Positions 8,611 to 18,850 of a DNA stretch of 64,000 nt are shown piece after piece. Position 1 is the stretch's first letter. Each line of letters begins with the position of its first letter. This DNA is from Burkholderiales bacterium (lineage in GTDB: Bacteria > Pseudomonadota > Gammaproteobacteria > Burkholderiales > JABEVD01). The position numbers were made by a program, and so were the translations under genes. A model generated the notes under the pieces. That model worked only from the letters and a program-made list of their open reading frames with translations. It did no database searches and was not told the origin of the DNA. The DNA lies in NCBI GenBank assembly GCA_019753155.1, contig JAIELG010000003.1, forward strand, positions 1,524 to 65,523, given 5' to 3'.

Positions 8611-9903
8611 ATGTCTCTGGATCAGGAAAGAATAGTTTCTGTGGTGGGATTGGGTTATGTAGGACTTCCTGTTGCCGTAGCCTTTGGAAAAATCAGCCGC
8701 ACCGTCGGATTCGACATCAATGCAACCCGCATAGCCGAACTGAAGGCAGGTCACGACAGGACAGGTGAAGTGGACCCCGGCGACCTCCAGAAAACGGACA
8801 TCCTCTTTACCGACAAGATCGAGGAACTCAGGCTTGCGAATTTTCATATCGTGGCAGTACCGACTCCGGTGAACGATGCCAATCAGCCCGATCTCTCTCC
8901 TGTGCATAAAGCTTCCACAACCGTCGGGCGCGCCCTGAAACGGGGCGACATCGTCGTTTATGAGTCGACGGTCTATCCCGGCGTCACCGAAGACGAATGC
9001 GTCCCCATCCTCGAAGCGCAGTCCGGCCTCAAATGCGGCATCGATTTCAAGGTAGGCTACAGCCCTGAGCGCATTAATCCGGGCGACAAGGAACACACCT
9101 TCACCAAAATCAAGAAAGTGGTTTCCGGTCAGGACGAAGAATCGCTCGAAATCGTAGCCAGAGTCTACGAATCGGTCGTCACTGCAGGCGTTCACAGGGC
9201 GCCCACCATCAAGGTGGCCGAAGCTGCGAAAGTCATCGAAAATACCCAGCGTGACCTGAACATCGCGCTGATGAACGAGCTTTCCCTCATTTTCGACAGG
9301 ATGGGAATCGACACCAATGACGTGCTGGAAGCTGCCGGCACGAAATGGAACTTCCTCAGATTCAAACCGGGGCTGGTAGGCGGACATTGCATAGGCGTGG
9401 ATCCCTATTACCTGACGCACAAGGCTGAAAAACTCGGGTATATTCCGCAGGTCATCCTGTCCGGACGCCGCATCAACGACGGCATGGGCAAATTCATCGC
9501 CCAGCGCACCATCAAGGAAATGATCCACGCCGGGCACAATATTCTCGGCAGTTCTGTGACGGTTCTCGGATTGACTTTCAAGGAAAACTGCCCCGACCTG
9601 AGAAACTCCAAGGTGATCGACATCATCAGGGAACTCCAGGATTACGGAATCGATGTCCAGGTAACCGACGCGCTCGCCGATCCTGAAGAAGCGCGGCACG
9701 AATATGGCGTGACGCTGACCCCTTTCGATGCCTTGAAACCGGCCTCAGCCTTGATCGTGGCAGTATCCCACGCCGATTATTGCTCATTGTCCGCTGACCG
9801 TCTGATCGCACTCTCGACCGGCACGCCGGTTGTAATCGACGTCAAGGGAATTTACGACATGGCAAAACTCAGGAGTTCAGGCATCCGCCTCTGGCGGCTT
9901 TAA
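8611..9903 (+). CDS. UDP-N-acetyl-hexosamine 6-dehydrogenase (TviB/WbpO-like nucleotide-sugar dehydrogenase)
   Basis: ATG at 8611 preceded by GAGGAAAAC. Contains [17 protein letters not shown] (NAD fold) and [13 protein letters not shown] (catalytic Cys region). About 430 aa. Paired with the epimerase that follows. Confidence 0.85.
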   Translation: MSLDQERIVSVVGLGYVGLPVAVAFGKISRTVGFDINATRIAELKAGHDRTGEVDPGDLQKTDILFTDKIEELRLANFHIVAVPTPVNDANQPDLSPVHKASTTVGRALKRGDIVVYESTVYPGVTEDECVPILEAQSGLKCGIDFKVGYSPERINPGDKEHTFTKIKKVVSGQDEESLEIVARVYESVVTAGVHRAPTIKVAEAAKVIENTQRDLNIALMNELSLIFDRMGIDTNDVLEAAGTKWNFLRFKPGLVGGHCIGVDPYYLTHKAEKLGYIPQVILSGRRINDGMGKFIAQRTIKEMIHAGHNILGSSVTVLGLTFKENCPDLRNSKVIDIIRELQDYGIDVQVTDALADPEEARHEYGVTLTPFDALKPASALIVAVSHADYCSLSADRLIALSTGTPVVIDVKGIYDMAKLRSSGIRLWRL

Positions 9904-9935
9904 ACTCACCCTCACTCATTAACATACAATCGACT

Positions 9936-10967
9936 ATGACAACAGCATACGAAGCCTGTTCAGCGAAACTGCTTCAAACTCCAAAAAAATGGCTGATCAC
10001 GGGGGTAGCCGGATTCATCGGATCGAATCTGCTCGAAACCTTGCTGAAACTGAATCAAACTGTGGTCGGGCTGGATGATTTTTCGACATCCGACGGGCGA
10101 AACCTCGAAGAGGTGAAATCTCTCGTAACCGAACAGCAATGGCGGAATTTCTCCTTCTTCGAAGGGAATATCTGCGATTTGCAGACTTGCCGTCGCGTAT
10201 GCGAGGGCATCGATCATGTCCTGCATCAGGCTGCATTGGGCAGCGTCCCCCGCTCGATCGAGGACCCGGTGCTCACCAATGCCAGCAATATTTCCGGATT
10301 CTTGAACATGCTCGTGGCATCGAAGGAATCCGGGGTTACGCGTTTCGTCTATGCCGCATCCAGTTCGACCTATGGAGACCATCCCGGCCTCCCCAAGATC
10401 GAGGATGAGATCGGCAAACCCTTATCCCCTTATGCAGTCACGAAATACGTGAACGAGCTTTACGCGGATGTCTTTGCGAGAACCTATGGTTTCCGTGCCA
10501 CTGGATTGCGCTACTTCAACGTATTCGGTCCGCGGCAGGATCCTGAAGGAGCGTATGCTGCCGTGATCCCGAAATGGTTCTCCGGAATGCTGCATGGGGA
10601 AGCCATTTACATCAACGGCGACGGCGAAACCAGCCGGGATTTCTGCTATGTCGACAATGCGGTCCAGGCCAACATTCTGGCAGCATGCTCCGAAAACGAA
10701 GCCGCCATCGGTCAGGTGTACAACGTTGCTTTTGCCGAGCAGACTACATTGAACGAACTCTTCAATCTGATCCGCGGGCAGCTTGCCGAGAAAGTGCCGG
10801 ATCTGACCGTCGTCCCGCCAGTCCACCGGGATTTTCGGGCGGGAGATGTGCGTTATTCCCTCGCCGATATCGGGAAAGCGCACCGGCTGCTCGGTTACGA
10901 ACCTGCCTATTCATTGAAAGCGGGACTCGAAAAAGCGGCACAGTGGTATATCGAGCATTTACGGTAG
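9936..10967 (+). CDS. UDP-GlcNAc(A) C4-epimerase (TviC/WbpP-like SDR)
   Basis: The N-terminus MTTAYE..L...[37 protein letters not shown] closely resembles TviC/WbpP as I recall them. YAVTKY supplies the YxxxK motif. Confidence 0.85.
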   Translation: MTTAYEACSAKLLQTPKKWLITGVAGFIGSNLLETLLKLNQTVVGLDDFSTSDGRNLEEVKSLVTEQQWRNFSFFEGNICDLQTCRRVCEGIDHVLHQAALGSVPRSIEDPVLTNASNISGFLNMLVASKESGVTRFVYAASSSTYGDHPGLPKIEDEIGKPLSPYAVTKYVNELYADVFARTYGFRATGLRYFNVFGPRQDPEGAYAAVIPKWFSGMLHGEAIYINGDGETSRDFCYVDNAVQANILAACSENEAAIGQVYNVAFAEQTTLNELFNLIRGQLAEKVPDLTVVPPVHRDFRAGDVRYSLADIGKAHRLLGYEPAYSLKAGLEKAAQWYIEHLR

Positions 10968-10980
10968 AAGTGCAGAAGCC

Positions 10981-12786
10981 TCAGTCGAGATGATGCCTGA
11001 ACCACTGTTCCAGCATCATCAAAACCCACACCATGGTTCCGTAATAACCGGAGTGCGACTCCGAATGAAGTCTGAACAGATCGTCGACGAACTCGGGCCG
11101 TATGATGTCGCGCTGCTTCAGTGAATTGAGGCTGTCGCGCCCGAGTTCCTGCAAACGACCGTCATTTTTCAACCATTCCCCGAAAGGCAGGCCGAAACCA
11201 TGTTTCCGCTTGGTGATGATTTCGTCTGGAAGAAAACCTCGCAAGGCTTCCTTGAAAAAATAACGGAGTTTCGTGCCCTTGAGTTTGAGCTCGGGATCCA
11301 GCCGGGATGAAAAAGCCACCACTTCGTCTGCAAGCAATGGAAAGCGGATGTCCACTCCCGCCAGATGGCAGGTTTTCACGACTTTCGGCAGATCGTTGTC
11401 CGCCAGGGTGAATTTCAGATCAAGGGCAAGCATGCGGTTGATCAATGTCTTTGCATGCGCCTTGTCGTAAATTTCCCCGAGCAGCCTGACCGGATTGGAT
11501 GCATCGACCCCAACCAGGAACCCGGAAGTGAATACGTTTCCCGGCCCGAGGCGCTCGAGCAGATTATAGGTTTCCAGGCGTGCCGGCATGGGGATGGAAG
11601 CCTGCTCGATATAGCTGCGCAATTTCATCACGGGCGGTATGGCTCCCGGCATGCCGAAAGCCACAGGCTCGATGACGGATTTGCGCAACAGGCGCGGGAT
11701 ATTGCCGTAAAGCGAGAATATCCGCTGTTTGGCATAACGGCTGTTGCCGCCGAACAACTCATCCCCCCCATCCCCGCCCAGAAGCCGTTCCATACCGTCC
11801 TCTCTGGCCAGTTTCGCACAATAATAGGTCGGTACTGCCGAAGAATTCCCGAAAGGCTGATCATATGCAGCCGCGATTCGTGGAATTGCGGATGCGACAT
11901 CGTCCGGCGTCACATAATATTCGTGATGATCGGTCCCGAAACGATTTGCGGCGATTCTGGCATATTCCATTTCATCGTAGCCCTCCGCCTCGAACCCGAT
12001 CGAATAGGTTCTGGCGGGCGCCCCGGTGACTTCTCCCAGCATGCCGGCGATGGTGGAACTGTCCGTCCCCCCGCTCAGGAAGGCTCCCGTTTTTGCGCCT
12101 TGCGCAGCATCCTGAACCGCCTGACGCAAGGTGCCGAGAAACTCGCCCTTGAGTTCATCGAAAGGGCGTCTTTGCCCTTCATCGAAATGCATCTCCCAAT
12201 ATGCCCCGACCCTGGCGCCACCCTTTCCAAAAACCAGGCACTCTCCCGGAAGCAGGCGATATTGCCCGTTATAGATGGTTTCAGGGCCGGGAATCATGTG
12301 GAAATAAACGTAATCGTAAATTGCCTGCCGATTGATTTCCGGCTTGATCGCCGGATGCCGGTTGATCGAATCCAGGCTGGCCCCGAAAACGAGACTCCCT
12401 CCTGCTACCGCATAGCTCATCGTACCTATCCCGCTGCGGTCTACCGCAAGCAGGGCAGTCGCGTTTCGCTCGTCCAGAATCGCAGCTGAAAATGGGCCTG
12501 ATATAAGCTTGAAAACGGATTCGCCCTGTTCCAGGTAGGCCCGAACCAACGCGTTTGCAATCCCATTTTCCTTTGCATACGCATTCAGACGGGGTTCCAA
12601 AAACCCCGGGTGGCCGGATATCGCCGCAATCACCCCCTGCACGGATACCGCATCCCCCTTCGAACCACAGGCCAGGGCACCTTGCCTGCCGACGACGATA
12701 TCCGGCTCTGCAAATTCGGATGCCATCGCCCTGATGGTATTGGAAGGATCGGGGAGTTCCCCTGCCCAGCCGCATATTCCCTTCAT
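10981..12786 (-). CDS. asparagine synthetase-like glutamine amidotransferase (exosortase-A-associated AsnB type)
   Basis: 601 aa. The central motif AFLSGGTDSSTIAGM is the PP-loop SGGxDS. The N-terminal Ntn-amidotransferase-like domain begins MKGICGWAG, so the Cys is at position 5 rather than 2. Confidence 0.85.
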   Translation of the reverse strand: MKGICGWAGELPDPSNTIRAMASEFAEPDIVVGRQGALACGSKGDAVSVQGVIAAISGHPGFLEPRLNAYAKENGIANALVRAYLEQGESVFKLISGPFSAAILDERNATALLAVDRSGIGTMSYAVAGGSLVFGASLDSINRHPAIKPEINRQAIYDYVYFHMIPGPETIYNGQYRLLPGECLVFGKGGARVGAYWEMHFDEGQRRPFDELKGEFLGTLRQAVQDAAQGAKTGAFLSGGTDSSTIAGMLGEVTGAPARTYSIGFEAEGYDEMEYARIAANRFGTDHHEYYVTPDDVASAIPRIAAAYDQPFGNSSAVPTYYCAKLAREDGMERLLGGDGGDELFGGNSRYAKQRIFSLYGNIPRLLRKSVIEPVAFGMPGAIPPVMKLRSYIEQASIPMPARLETYNLLERLGPGNVFTSGFLVGVDASNPVRLLGEIYDKAHAKTLINRMLALDLKFTLADNDLPKVVKTCHLAGVDIRFPLLADEVVAFSSRLDPELKLKGTKLRYFFKEALRGFLPDEIITKRKHGFGLPFGEWLKNDGRLQELGRDSLNSLKQRDIIRPEFVDDLFRLHSESHSGYYGTMVWVLMMLEQWFRHHLD

Positions 12787-12801
12787 TCCTGATCCTTTTC
12801 G

Positions 12802-14034
12802 TCAGACGAGCACTTCAACTGCCTTGGGGTGGCTTAGAAATGCGCTTGGGCTTGCAGTCGGTCCATATGCGCCCGACTGGAAAACTACGATGAAATCCCC
12901 GACATCGGCTTGCGCCATTTCCATTCTGTCAGCCAACAAGTCCAGCGGCGTGCAAAGCGGCCCCACCACGGATACAACTTCCCTCGCGGAACCCTGCATT
13001 TTGTTGCCCACTGCGACAGGATAGTTTTTCCGTATCACCTGACCGAAATTCCCCGATGCAGCCAAATGATGATGCAAGCCCCCTTCAGTCACCAGAAAAA
13101 TCTGTCCGCGTGAAATTTTCCGGTCGATTACGCGGGTCACATAAATCCCGGCCTCCCCGACAAGATACCGGCCCAATTCGATCACCAAACACGCACCCGG
13201 AAAGTCGCGCTTCACCATGGGCATCAAGCGCCCGAGGTTGTCCCCCACCGCAGCCAGGTCAAGCGGCGTTTCGCCGGGAAAATAGGGAATGCCGAAGCCG
13301 CCGCCTATATTGAGCACTCTGACAGGCGATGGCGCATGTCGACTCAGGTCGAGCCCCAGCATGATCGATTTCTCCTGGGCCTCCATGATGGCTTCGGCTT
13401 TCAGATTCTGTGACCCGCTGAAAATATGAAACCCGACGAATTCGAAATCGAGCTCGGCCATCCGTTCGAGCATCTTCGGCACCTGCTCCGCATCCACGCC
13501 GAACTGCTTCGCCCCGCCCCCCATCTTCATCCCGGAGGATTTGAGTTCGAAATCAGGATTTACACGAACCGCGACTTTGGGCCTGTAACCCAGAGATTGT
13601 CCGATACGCGCAGCATTTTCCATTTCCTGCACTGATTCGAGATTGATCACGATGCCTGCGGCGATTGCGCTCTCAAGATCATCCCCGGTTTTCCCGGGGC
13701 CGGCAAAACTGATATGTTCAGATGCGAGCGGCGTATCCAGCGCAACGTTCAATTCGCCTCTGGAGGCCACATCCAGGCCATCCACCAGGGTCGCCATATG
13801 TTGAACCAGAGCCGGCATGGGATTGGCCTTCATTGCATAATGGAGCGCCACCTCCGGCGGCAGGTTTTTTTTGACATGATCGACGCGCTCTGTCAGCAAA
13901 CGCCTGTCATAGGCGAAAAAAGCTCCGCCCGCCCTTTTTGCGAGCCGCGTCAACGGCATGCCCCCGATTTGCAGGCAATCGTCGATGACAGGAAATGCAT
14001 TCACGGAAAAATGAACCGGTTTGTTCGGGATCAT
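12802..14034 (-). CDS. PLP-dependent decarboxylase (Orn/DAP/Arg decarboxylase fold; exosortase-A-associated type)
   Basis: Motifs are HYAMKANP (PLP lysine), NIGGGFGIPYF and ELGRYLVGEAG. The track start at 14109 is a TTG, so I prefer the ATG at 14034 (MIPNKPVHF...). Confidence 0.85.
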   Translation of the reverse strand: MIPNKPVHFSVNAFPVIDDCLQIGGMPLTRLAKRAGGAFFAYDRRLLTERVDHVKKNLPPEVALHYAMKANPMPALVQHMATLVDGLDVASRGELNVALDTPLASEHISFAGPGKTGDDLESAIAAGIVINLESVQEMENAARIGQSLGYRPKVAVRVNPDFELKSSGMKMGGGAKQFGVDAEQVPKMLERMAELDFEFVGFHIFSGSQNLKAEAIMEAQEKSIMLGLDLSRHAPSPVRVLNIGGGFGIPYFPGETPLDLAAVGDNLGRLMPMVKRDFPGACLVIELGRYLVGEAGIYVTRVIDRKISRGQIFLVTEGGLHHHLAASGNFGQVIRKNYPVAVGNKMQGSAREVVSVVGPLCTPLDLLADRMEMAQADVGDFIVVFQSGAYGPTASPSAFLSHPKAVEVLV

Positions 14035-14152
14035 ATGGAGTCCAGCCAACAGGGTGGAAGACGTTATCTTGAACCGGTGAAGTGTATTCGATCCCGGAGT
14101 TTCGATCAAGGCAGCAGCACCTTTTCCGCCGGACCATCCGGCAGATGCGCAC

Positions 14153-15172
14153 TCATGCAGTGAGGATTTCCGTCCGAAGCAGATTCCCGGTCAAACGGAA
14201 AGAAAAACGCGAAAGCGGGATGTCCCATGGCGTAAAACGCGGTAACTGAAACACATCACAGCCGAATCTGCCCACGCCCTTCGCGGTGGAAACAGCCGCA
14301 TCGAATCCCATTTCCTCGATCATCCGCGCATGTTCGTAGCGGTAGTCCGTGGACGGTATGCCGTTGGGATAAGCAAACAGACTGACAGGCTTCCCCGTCA
14401 TTTCCTCGAGCCGGATCCTCCCCTCATCGATCTCCGCTCTGGCGGAATCCATGTCGAGCTTTGCTATGATGGGATGATTCACCGTATGCCCGCCTATTTC
14501 CATGCCGGCATCGCTCAACATTTTCACCTGCTCCGTCCGCATCATGAGGTCGGTCGGAAGCGACAGCTTCGCCGCATCGATGATTCGATCCATGAAATCG
14601 CGCCTTTCCTCGACAGGTCTGTATTTCAGTACGGAAAGCAGACTCTTGATCGTCTCCTTGCGCTGCGGCAACGTGCTGAGGGAACGCACGCCCAAACCCA
14701 TATCCGACAGATCCAGCCCCCCCCAATCAAGCCTTCTGATCACTTCGATGACTTTGTCGTTGAACATGATGCCGCCGTTCAAATAGCCCGTTGCGATGAA
14801 GAAGGTGGCGGGAATCTTGTGGCGCTTCAGTATCGGGAGCGCAACTTCCGCATTATCGGCATAACCATCGTCGAAGGTAATACAGGCTGCCCTGGCAGGA
14901 AGCGTCCCGCTCTTCAACCGCTGAACCGCCTCGGAAAGGGGAAGTATATTGAACAGGCTCCCCAACACTTCCATCTGGGATTCGAATCTTGCGGCATCGA
15001 CCACATCCGGAAGCAGGGGATCGATTTCCCTGAAAACCCTGTGATAGATGAGTATGGACAGCAGGCCATTGGGACCGGCGGGCGACAATAAATTCCCGAA
15101 GGTGCGCAGAGCAAATTCCAATGTATTGTTCATGAGATCGAAGTAACCCCGGAATGCCGATGACGGCACCAT
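14153..15172 (-). CDS. polysaccharide deacetylase (NodB homology)
   Basis: Motifs are ITFDDGYADN, GGHTVNHP and LFAYPNG. An alternative start at the ATG at 15133 (MNNTLEF) is possible. Confidence 0.8.
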   Translation of the reverse strand: MVPSSAFRGYFDLMNNTLEFALRTFGNLLSPAGPNGLLSILIYHRVFREIDPLLPDVVDAARFESQMEVLGSLFNILPLSEAVQRLKSGTLPARAACITFDDGYADNAEVALPILKRHKIPATFFIATGYLNGGIMFNDKVIEVIRRLDWGGLDLSDMGLGVRSLSTLPQRKETIKSLLSVLKYRPVEERRDFMDRIIDAAKLSLPTDLMMRTEQVKMLSDAGMEIGGHTVNHPIIAKLDMDSARAEIDEGRIRLEEMTGKPVSLFAYPNGIPSTDYRYEHARMIEEMGFDAAVSTAKGVGRFGCDVFQLPRFTPWDIPLSRFSFRLTGNLLRTEILTA

Positions 15173-15210
15173 TATACGTTATTTTGTTACTTTATGTTAC
15201 ATGCCGTTAC
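15169..15210 (-). promoter_or_regulatory. three GTAAC pentamers at exact 10-bp phase abutting a TATAAT hexamer
   Basis: Minus strand reads GTAACggcatGTAACataaaGTAACaaaataacgTATAATgg. On the plus strand, GTTAC occurs at 15186, 15196 and 15206. The TATAAT (15174-15169) overlaps the annotated ATG at 15172. Confidence 0.35.
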
Positions 15211-15265
15211 GCTCCGGACATGCACGTAAACTTCTCGATGTCTCACTGAACTTCCCGGTCCGTCC

Positions 15266-16402
15266 TTACGCTGATGGCGGAGGCGCCAGCGAATAGCGGC
15301 GTTCGACGAAAATGAAGAGCGCAACCGTTGGGATAAGCGTCAAGGTGAACATTATCGGCAATAGCAGCCAAAAAAACAATGGACCCTGCCCCGCAGCAGG
15401 CAGTAATCTGGACACCACCATAAAGTCGGCCTTGAGCGCAAGACCATGCAGCAGGTAATATGAATAGCTCATGTTGCCGAACCAGCGCAAGGGCGTCCAT
15501 GTAAAAGCTCGCGGCAACCATGCAGTTGGATGACCAAAACAGGAAAAGCACAGCACAAAAAAAGACAGAAAAAGGATCGTGATTTTCAAGGCATAAGCGC
15601 CGGAACCCTCCATGGGCACAAGCATTGCAAGCAGCCCGCAAATCAGGGCAATTAGCGCGGGAATGCTTCCCGGAGGCGAAAATTTCCGGCTGACGACAGC
15701 TTCGTAAAGCAAGATGCCGGACACGAACATGATCAGCCTGACATGCCCCCCGTAAATCGCACAGTAAAGCGCGGTCAGCATGGCGACCATCGCAAACAGG
15801 GAAACACGCCGCATGACGCTGCGCTGCCGCAAACCGAACACGGCAATTATGAGCGGAATGGTCAGATAATAAAACATTTCGTAGCTCAAAGACCACGCCA
15901 CCGTAATCAAGGGCTCGATGGGAAACAACCCCGGCAATAGAAGGAAATTTTGAACCAGATAGAGCGCTCCGGCTGAAAAGCCGGCGGGAATCTTGTTCTC
16001 TGAAACGAAAAAAAATGACAGCCCGACATAAATCACGAATACCACGAGGAATGCAGGATAAATTCTTTTCACGCGCCGTGACATGAAATGCAGAAATTGC
16101 TGGGGACGGGATATCAATGAACCATAAATCAGGTAGCCGCTGAGGACGAAAAAGAGGTCAACTCCGGAATTACCGATAGTGTGCAATGCTCCGGAAAACG
16201 AATGAAGGACTGGATCGCCGGCTATCCACGGATTCACCAGCGTCACATAATGCACCAGAAACACAAGGAAAACTGCAAATCCCCGCAGTCCTTCCATGGA
16301 GCGGACATTATGCCCTGCCCCACCGCGCGACAACTCGAATTGCCGCCTCAGCCATTCCAACGAACCCCCCCGCATGAGTACGCTACGGATTCCGGAATCC
16401 AT
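15266..16402 (-). CDS. acyltransferase family 3 membrane protein (O-acyl/acetyltransferase)
   Basis: MEGLRGFAVFLVFLVHY... with about 10 TM segments, typical of Acyl_transf_3. Start set to the ATG at 16402, downstream of the preceding stop at 16428. The longer track ORF would overlap that gene by 120 nt. Confidence 0.7.
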   Translation of the reverse strand: MDSGIRSVLMRGGSLEWLRRQFELSRGGAGHNVRSMEGLRGFAVFLVFLVHYVTLVNPWIAGDPVLHSFSGALHTIGNSGVDLFFVLSGYLIYGSLISRPQQFLHFMSRRVKRIYPAFLVVFVIYVGLSFFFVSENKIPAGFSAGALYLVQNFLLLPGLFPIEPLITVAWSLSYEMFYYLTIPLIIAVFGLRQRSVMRRVSLFAMVAMLTALYCAIYGGHVRLIMFVSGILLYEAVVSRKFSPPGSIPALIALICGLLAMLVPMEGSGAYALKITILFLSFFVLCFSCFGHPTAWLPRAFTWTPLRWFGNMSYSYYLLHGLALKADFMVVSRLLPAAGQGPLFFWLLLPIMFTLTLIPTVALFIFVERRYSLAPPPSA

Positions 16403-16427
16403 ATCAGATAAACGACTTTCGACAATT

Positions 16428-18815
16428 TCACTTTGCGCTTCTGGCCGAGAAGGATTTTCTGATTTCACAAAATTCGGAAAGCCGCGAAAGCACCCTGCCA
16501 TTGATGCTGCTTTCCGGAAATCCCCCCTGCTCATCGGGTTCACCGGCATCGACGCCTGTCAGGATCGCTATCGCCTGATCGAAGTGCTCGACGGCATAGA
16601 TGCTGAATTTCCCCGCTTCCGCGGCGCCCGCAACTTCCGATTTCAGCATCAGGTGTTTCACATTTGCTGCCGGAATCACCACACCCTGGCTTCCCGTCAA
16701 CCCTCTTTCGGAGCAGATGTCGAAGAAGCCTTCTATTTTCTCGTTGACGCCGCCGATGGCCTGCACCTGTCCGAACTGGTTCACCGAACCCGTCACCGCG
16801 ATGGATTGGAAAATCGGGGCTTCCGCCAGTTTGGAAACAAGCGCGCAAAGTTCGGCCAACGATGCGCTGTCGCCCTCCACTAATCCGTAGGATTGCTCGA
16901 AAGCGAGGCTTGCCGAAAGAGAAAGCGGCTGATTCCTCGCATAACGCGAAGCAAGATAGGACGAGAGAATCAACACCCCCTTGGAATGAAGGGCCCCGCT
17001 CAATTTGACCTCGCGCTCGATGTTGATCAGCTCGCCTTCCCCTATCCTTGCAGTGGCCGTGATTCTCGTCGGCTGGGCAAAAGCATAACCGGCAAGACTG
17101 ATCACTGAAAGCCCATTCACCTGCCCCACCACGGCCCCGCTCGTGTCGATCATGATCGTGCCGCTCAGGATTGCCTCATAAAGCCGCTGCTTCAACCTGT
17201 CAGCCCGGCGGATGCGAGCCTCGATCGCCAGTTCGATGTCTTTCAAGCCCGCGATTTCACTGCCTTGCGCTCTCGCCACGAAATCGGCTTCGCGCAGCAG
17301 ATCCGCCAAATCCTGAATTTGCGTCGTCAATTTCCCCGAATCGTCGACAAGCCTCGCACCGTGCTCGATCATGCGTGCAACGGCAAAGCGATCGAATGGC
17401 AGCATCCCTTCTTTTCTGGCCAAGGTCGCAATCAGCCGGGCATAAAGCCGGCTGTTCTCATCGTTTCTTTCCATATGATCGTCGAAATCCGCAGCGACCT
17501 TGAACAGTTTGCCGAATTCCGGATCATATTCCTTGAGCAGGTAATACAGGAAACGGTCACCGAGCAGAATCACCTTGACTTCGACAGGGATGGGCGCAGG
17601 TTCCAGAGAAACCGTGCTGACAAGGCTGAGCGCCTGCCCCAGAGACTCCATCCTGATTTCACGCGACGCAAGCGTGCGCTTCAACCCCTCCCATGCATAA
17701 GGCTGGCTCAACACCTTGCGCGCATCGAGCAGCAAATAGCCGCCGTTTGCCCTGTGCAGCGCGCCGGGCTTGATCAGCATGAAATTGGTCACGAGCGCGC
17801 CGAGCTGGGCGACATGCTCGACCCGCCCAACCAGATTGCCGTATGTGGGATTCTCTTCGCTTACGATCGGGGCTCCGTCCGCATGGTAATGATTCCCGAG
17901 GACATTGACCTTGTAACGCTCGAACGAAGGATGCTCCGCGACACCGAACAGGTTGACCGGCTTCTCGTCTCCCTTCAGGAAATCCTTTGCGTTTTCGATC
18001 ACATCCTGCTGCACCGCATCGAGATAGTGCAACACATCTTCCAGGCCGGAATAAGACTCCCGCACCTCGTCGATCAGGTGAAGCACGGCGATCATCGTGG
18101 TTTCCCGGTTCAGAGTCTTGATTTTCGCCCTGTTTTCCTTCATCCATTTCGGTATCTGGCGGACGATTTTCTGCAAATCGTCCTGCAAAGCGGACATCGC
18201 CGCCTCGAATCCTGCTCTCTTCGTTTGCGGCAGCTTCTCGTAATCGCCCGGCGCTATCACGACATGATCGATGGTAGGCGCGAAAGCGAAGCCCTCCGGC
18301 GTTCTGAGGAGCGCGACACCCTCTCCCGTCGCTTTCCTGCCCAACTCATCGAAAGCATTTTCCTGTTTCCGATTGAGATCTTCCTGGATAGCCTCGAGCT
18401 TGGCCCGGTATTCGTCGCTTTCGAAGGCAGCAGGAATCGCAACCTGCAATTCCTCCACCAGATGGAGCATGTCCCCGGCCAATCTGCCCGCCATGGATGG
18501 CGGAAGTTTAAGGGCAACGGGTTTGTGCGGTATGGAAAAATTGTTGACGTAACACCAGTCCGATGGCTCGTGCTCGTTCTTCGCCTTCTCTTCGAGAAAA
18601 CGCAGCACCATGCTGCGTTTTCCCATTCCAGGCGGCCCCATAACGAACAGGTTGTAGCCATCGTGATCGATGCCGACACCGAACCTGATCGCAGAAAGCG
18701 CGCGTTCCTGTCCGACAAATTCCGTCAGATCCTCAAGTTCTTCCGTCGTTTCGAAATCGAATGCGTCAGGGTCGCATGTGAAGCGGAAATTCCGGGTATC
18801 GAGCGGCTTGATCAT
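16428..18815 (-). CDS. Lon-family AAA+ protease homologue (about 800-aa standalone type)
   Basis: Walker-A-like FVMGPPGMGKRS. The C-terminal S16 domain has VEGDSASLAEL (Ser) and GGVNEKIEGF (Lys) 43 residues apart, matching the Ser-Lys spacing of E. coli Lon S679/K722. Confidence 0.8.
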   Translation of the reverse strand: MIKPLDTRNFRFTCDPDAFDFETTEELEDLTEFVGQERALSAIRFGVGIDHDGYNLFVMGPPGMGKRSMVLRFLEEKAKNEHEPSDWCYVNNFSIPHKPVALKLPPSMAGRLAGDMLHLVEELQVAIPAAFESDEYRAKLEAIQEDLNRKQENAFDELGRKATGEGVALLRTPEGFAFAPTIDHVVIAPGDYEKLPQTKRAGFEAAMSALQDDLQKIVRQIPKWMKENRAKIKTLNRETTMIAVLHLIDEVRESYSGLEDVLHYLDAVQQDVIENAKDFLKGDEKPVNLFGVAEHPSFERYKVNVLGNHYHADGAPIVSEENPTYGNLVGRVEHVAQLGALVTNFMLIKPGALHRANGGYLLLDARKVLSQPYAWEGLKRTLASREIRMESLGQALSLVSTVSLEPAPIPVEVKVILLGDRFLYYLLKEYDPEFGKLFKVAADFDDHMERNDENSRLYARLIATLARKEGMLPFDRFAVARMIEHGARLVDDSGKLTTQIQDLADLLREADFVARAQGSEIAGLKDIELAIEARIRRADRLKQRLYEAILSGTIMIDTSGAVVGQVNGLSVISLAGYAFAQPTRITATARIGEGELINIEREVKLSGALHSKGVLILSSYLASRYARNQPLSLSASLAFEQSYGLVEGDSASLAELCALVSKLAEAPIFQSIAVTGSVNQFGQVQAIGGVNEKIEGFFDICSERGLTGSQGVVIPAANVKHLMLKSEVAGAAEAGKFSIYAVEHFDQAIAILTGVDAGEPDEQGGFPESSINGRVLSRLSEFCEIRKSFSARSAK

Positions 18816-18850
18816 CGATCATTCCGCCCGTCCGGAGCCGCGGCGCGACT

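Noticed and set aside
16428-18815. The Lon-like protease as BrxL of a BREX defence system.
   Set aside because: No PglX methyltransferase, PglZ, BrxA/B/C or other defence genes are nearby. The neighbours are polysaccharide-modification genes.
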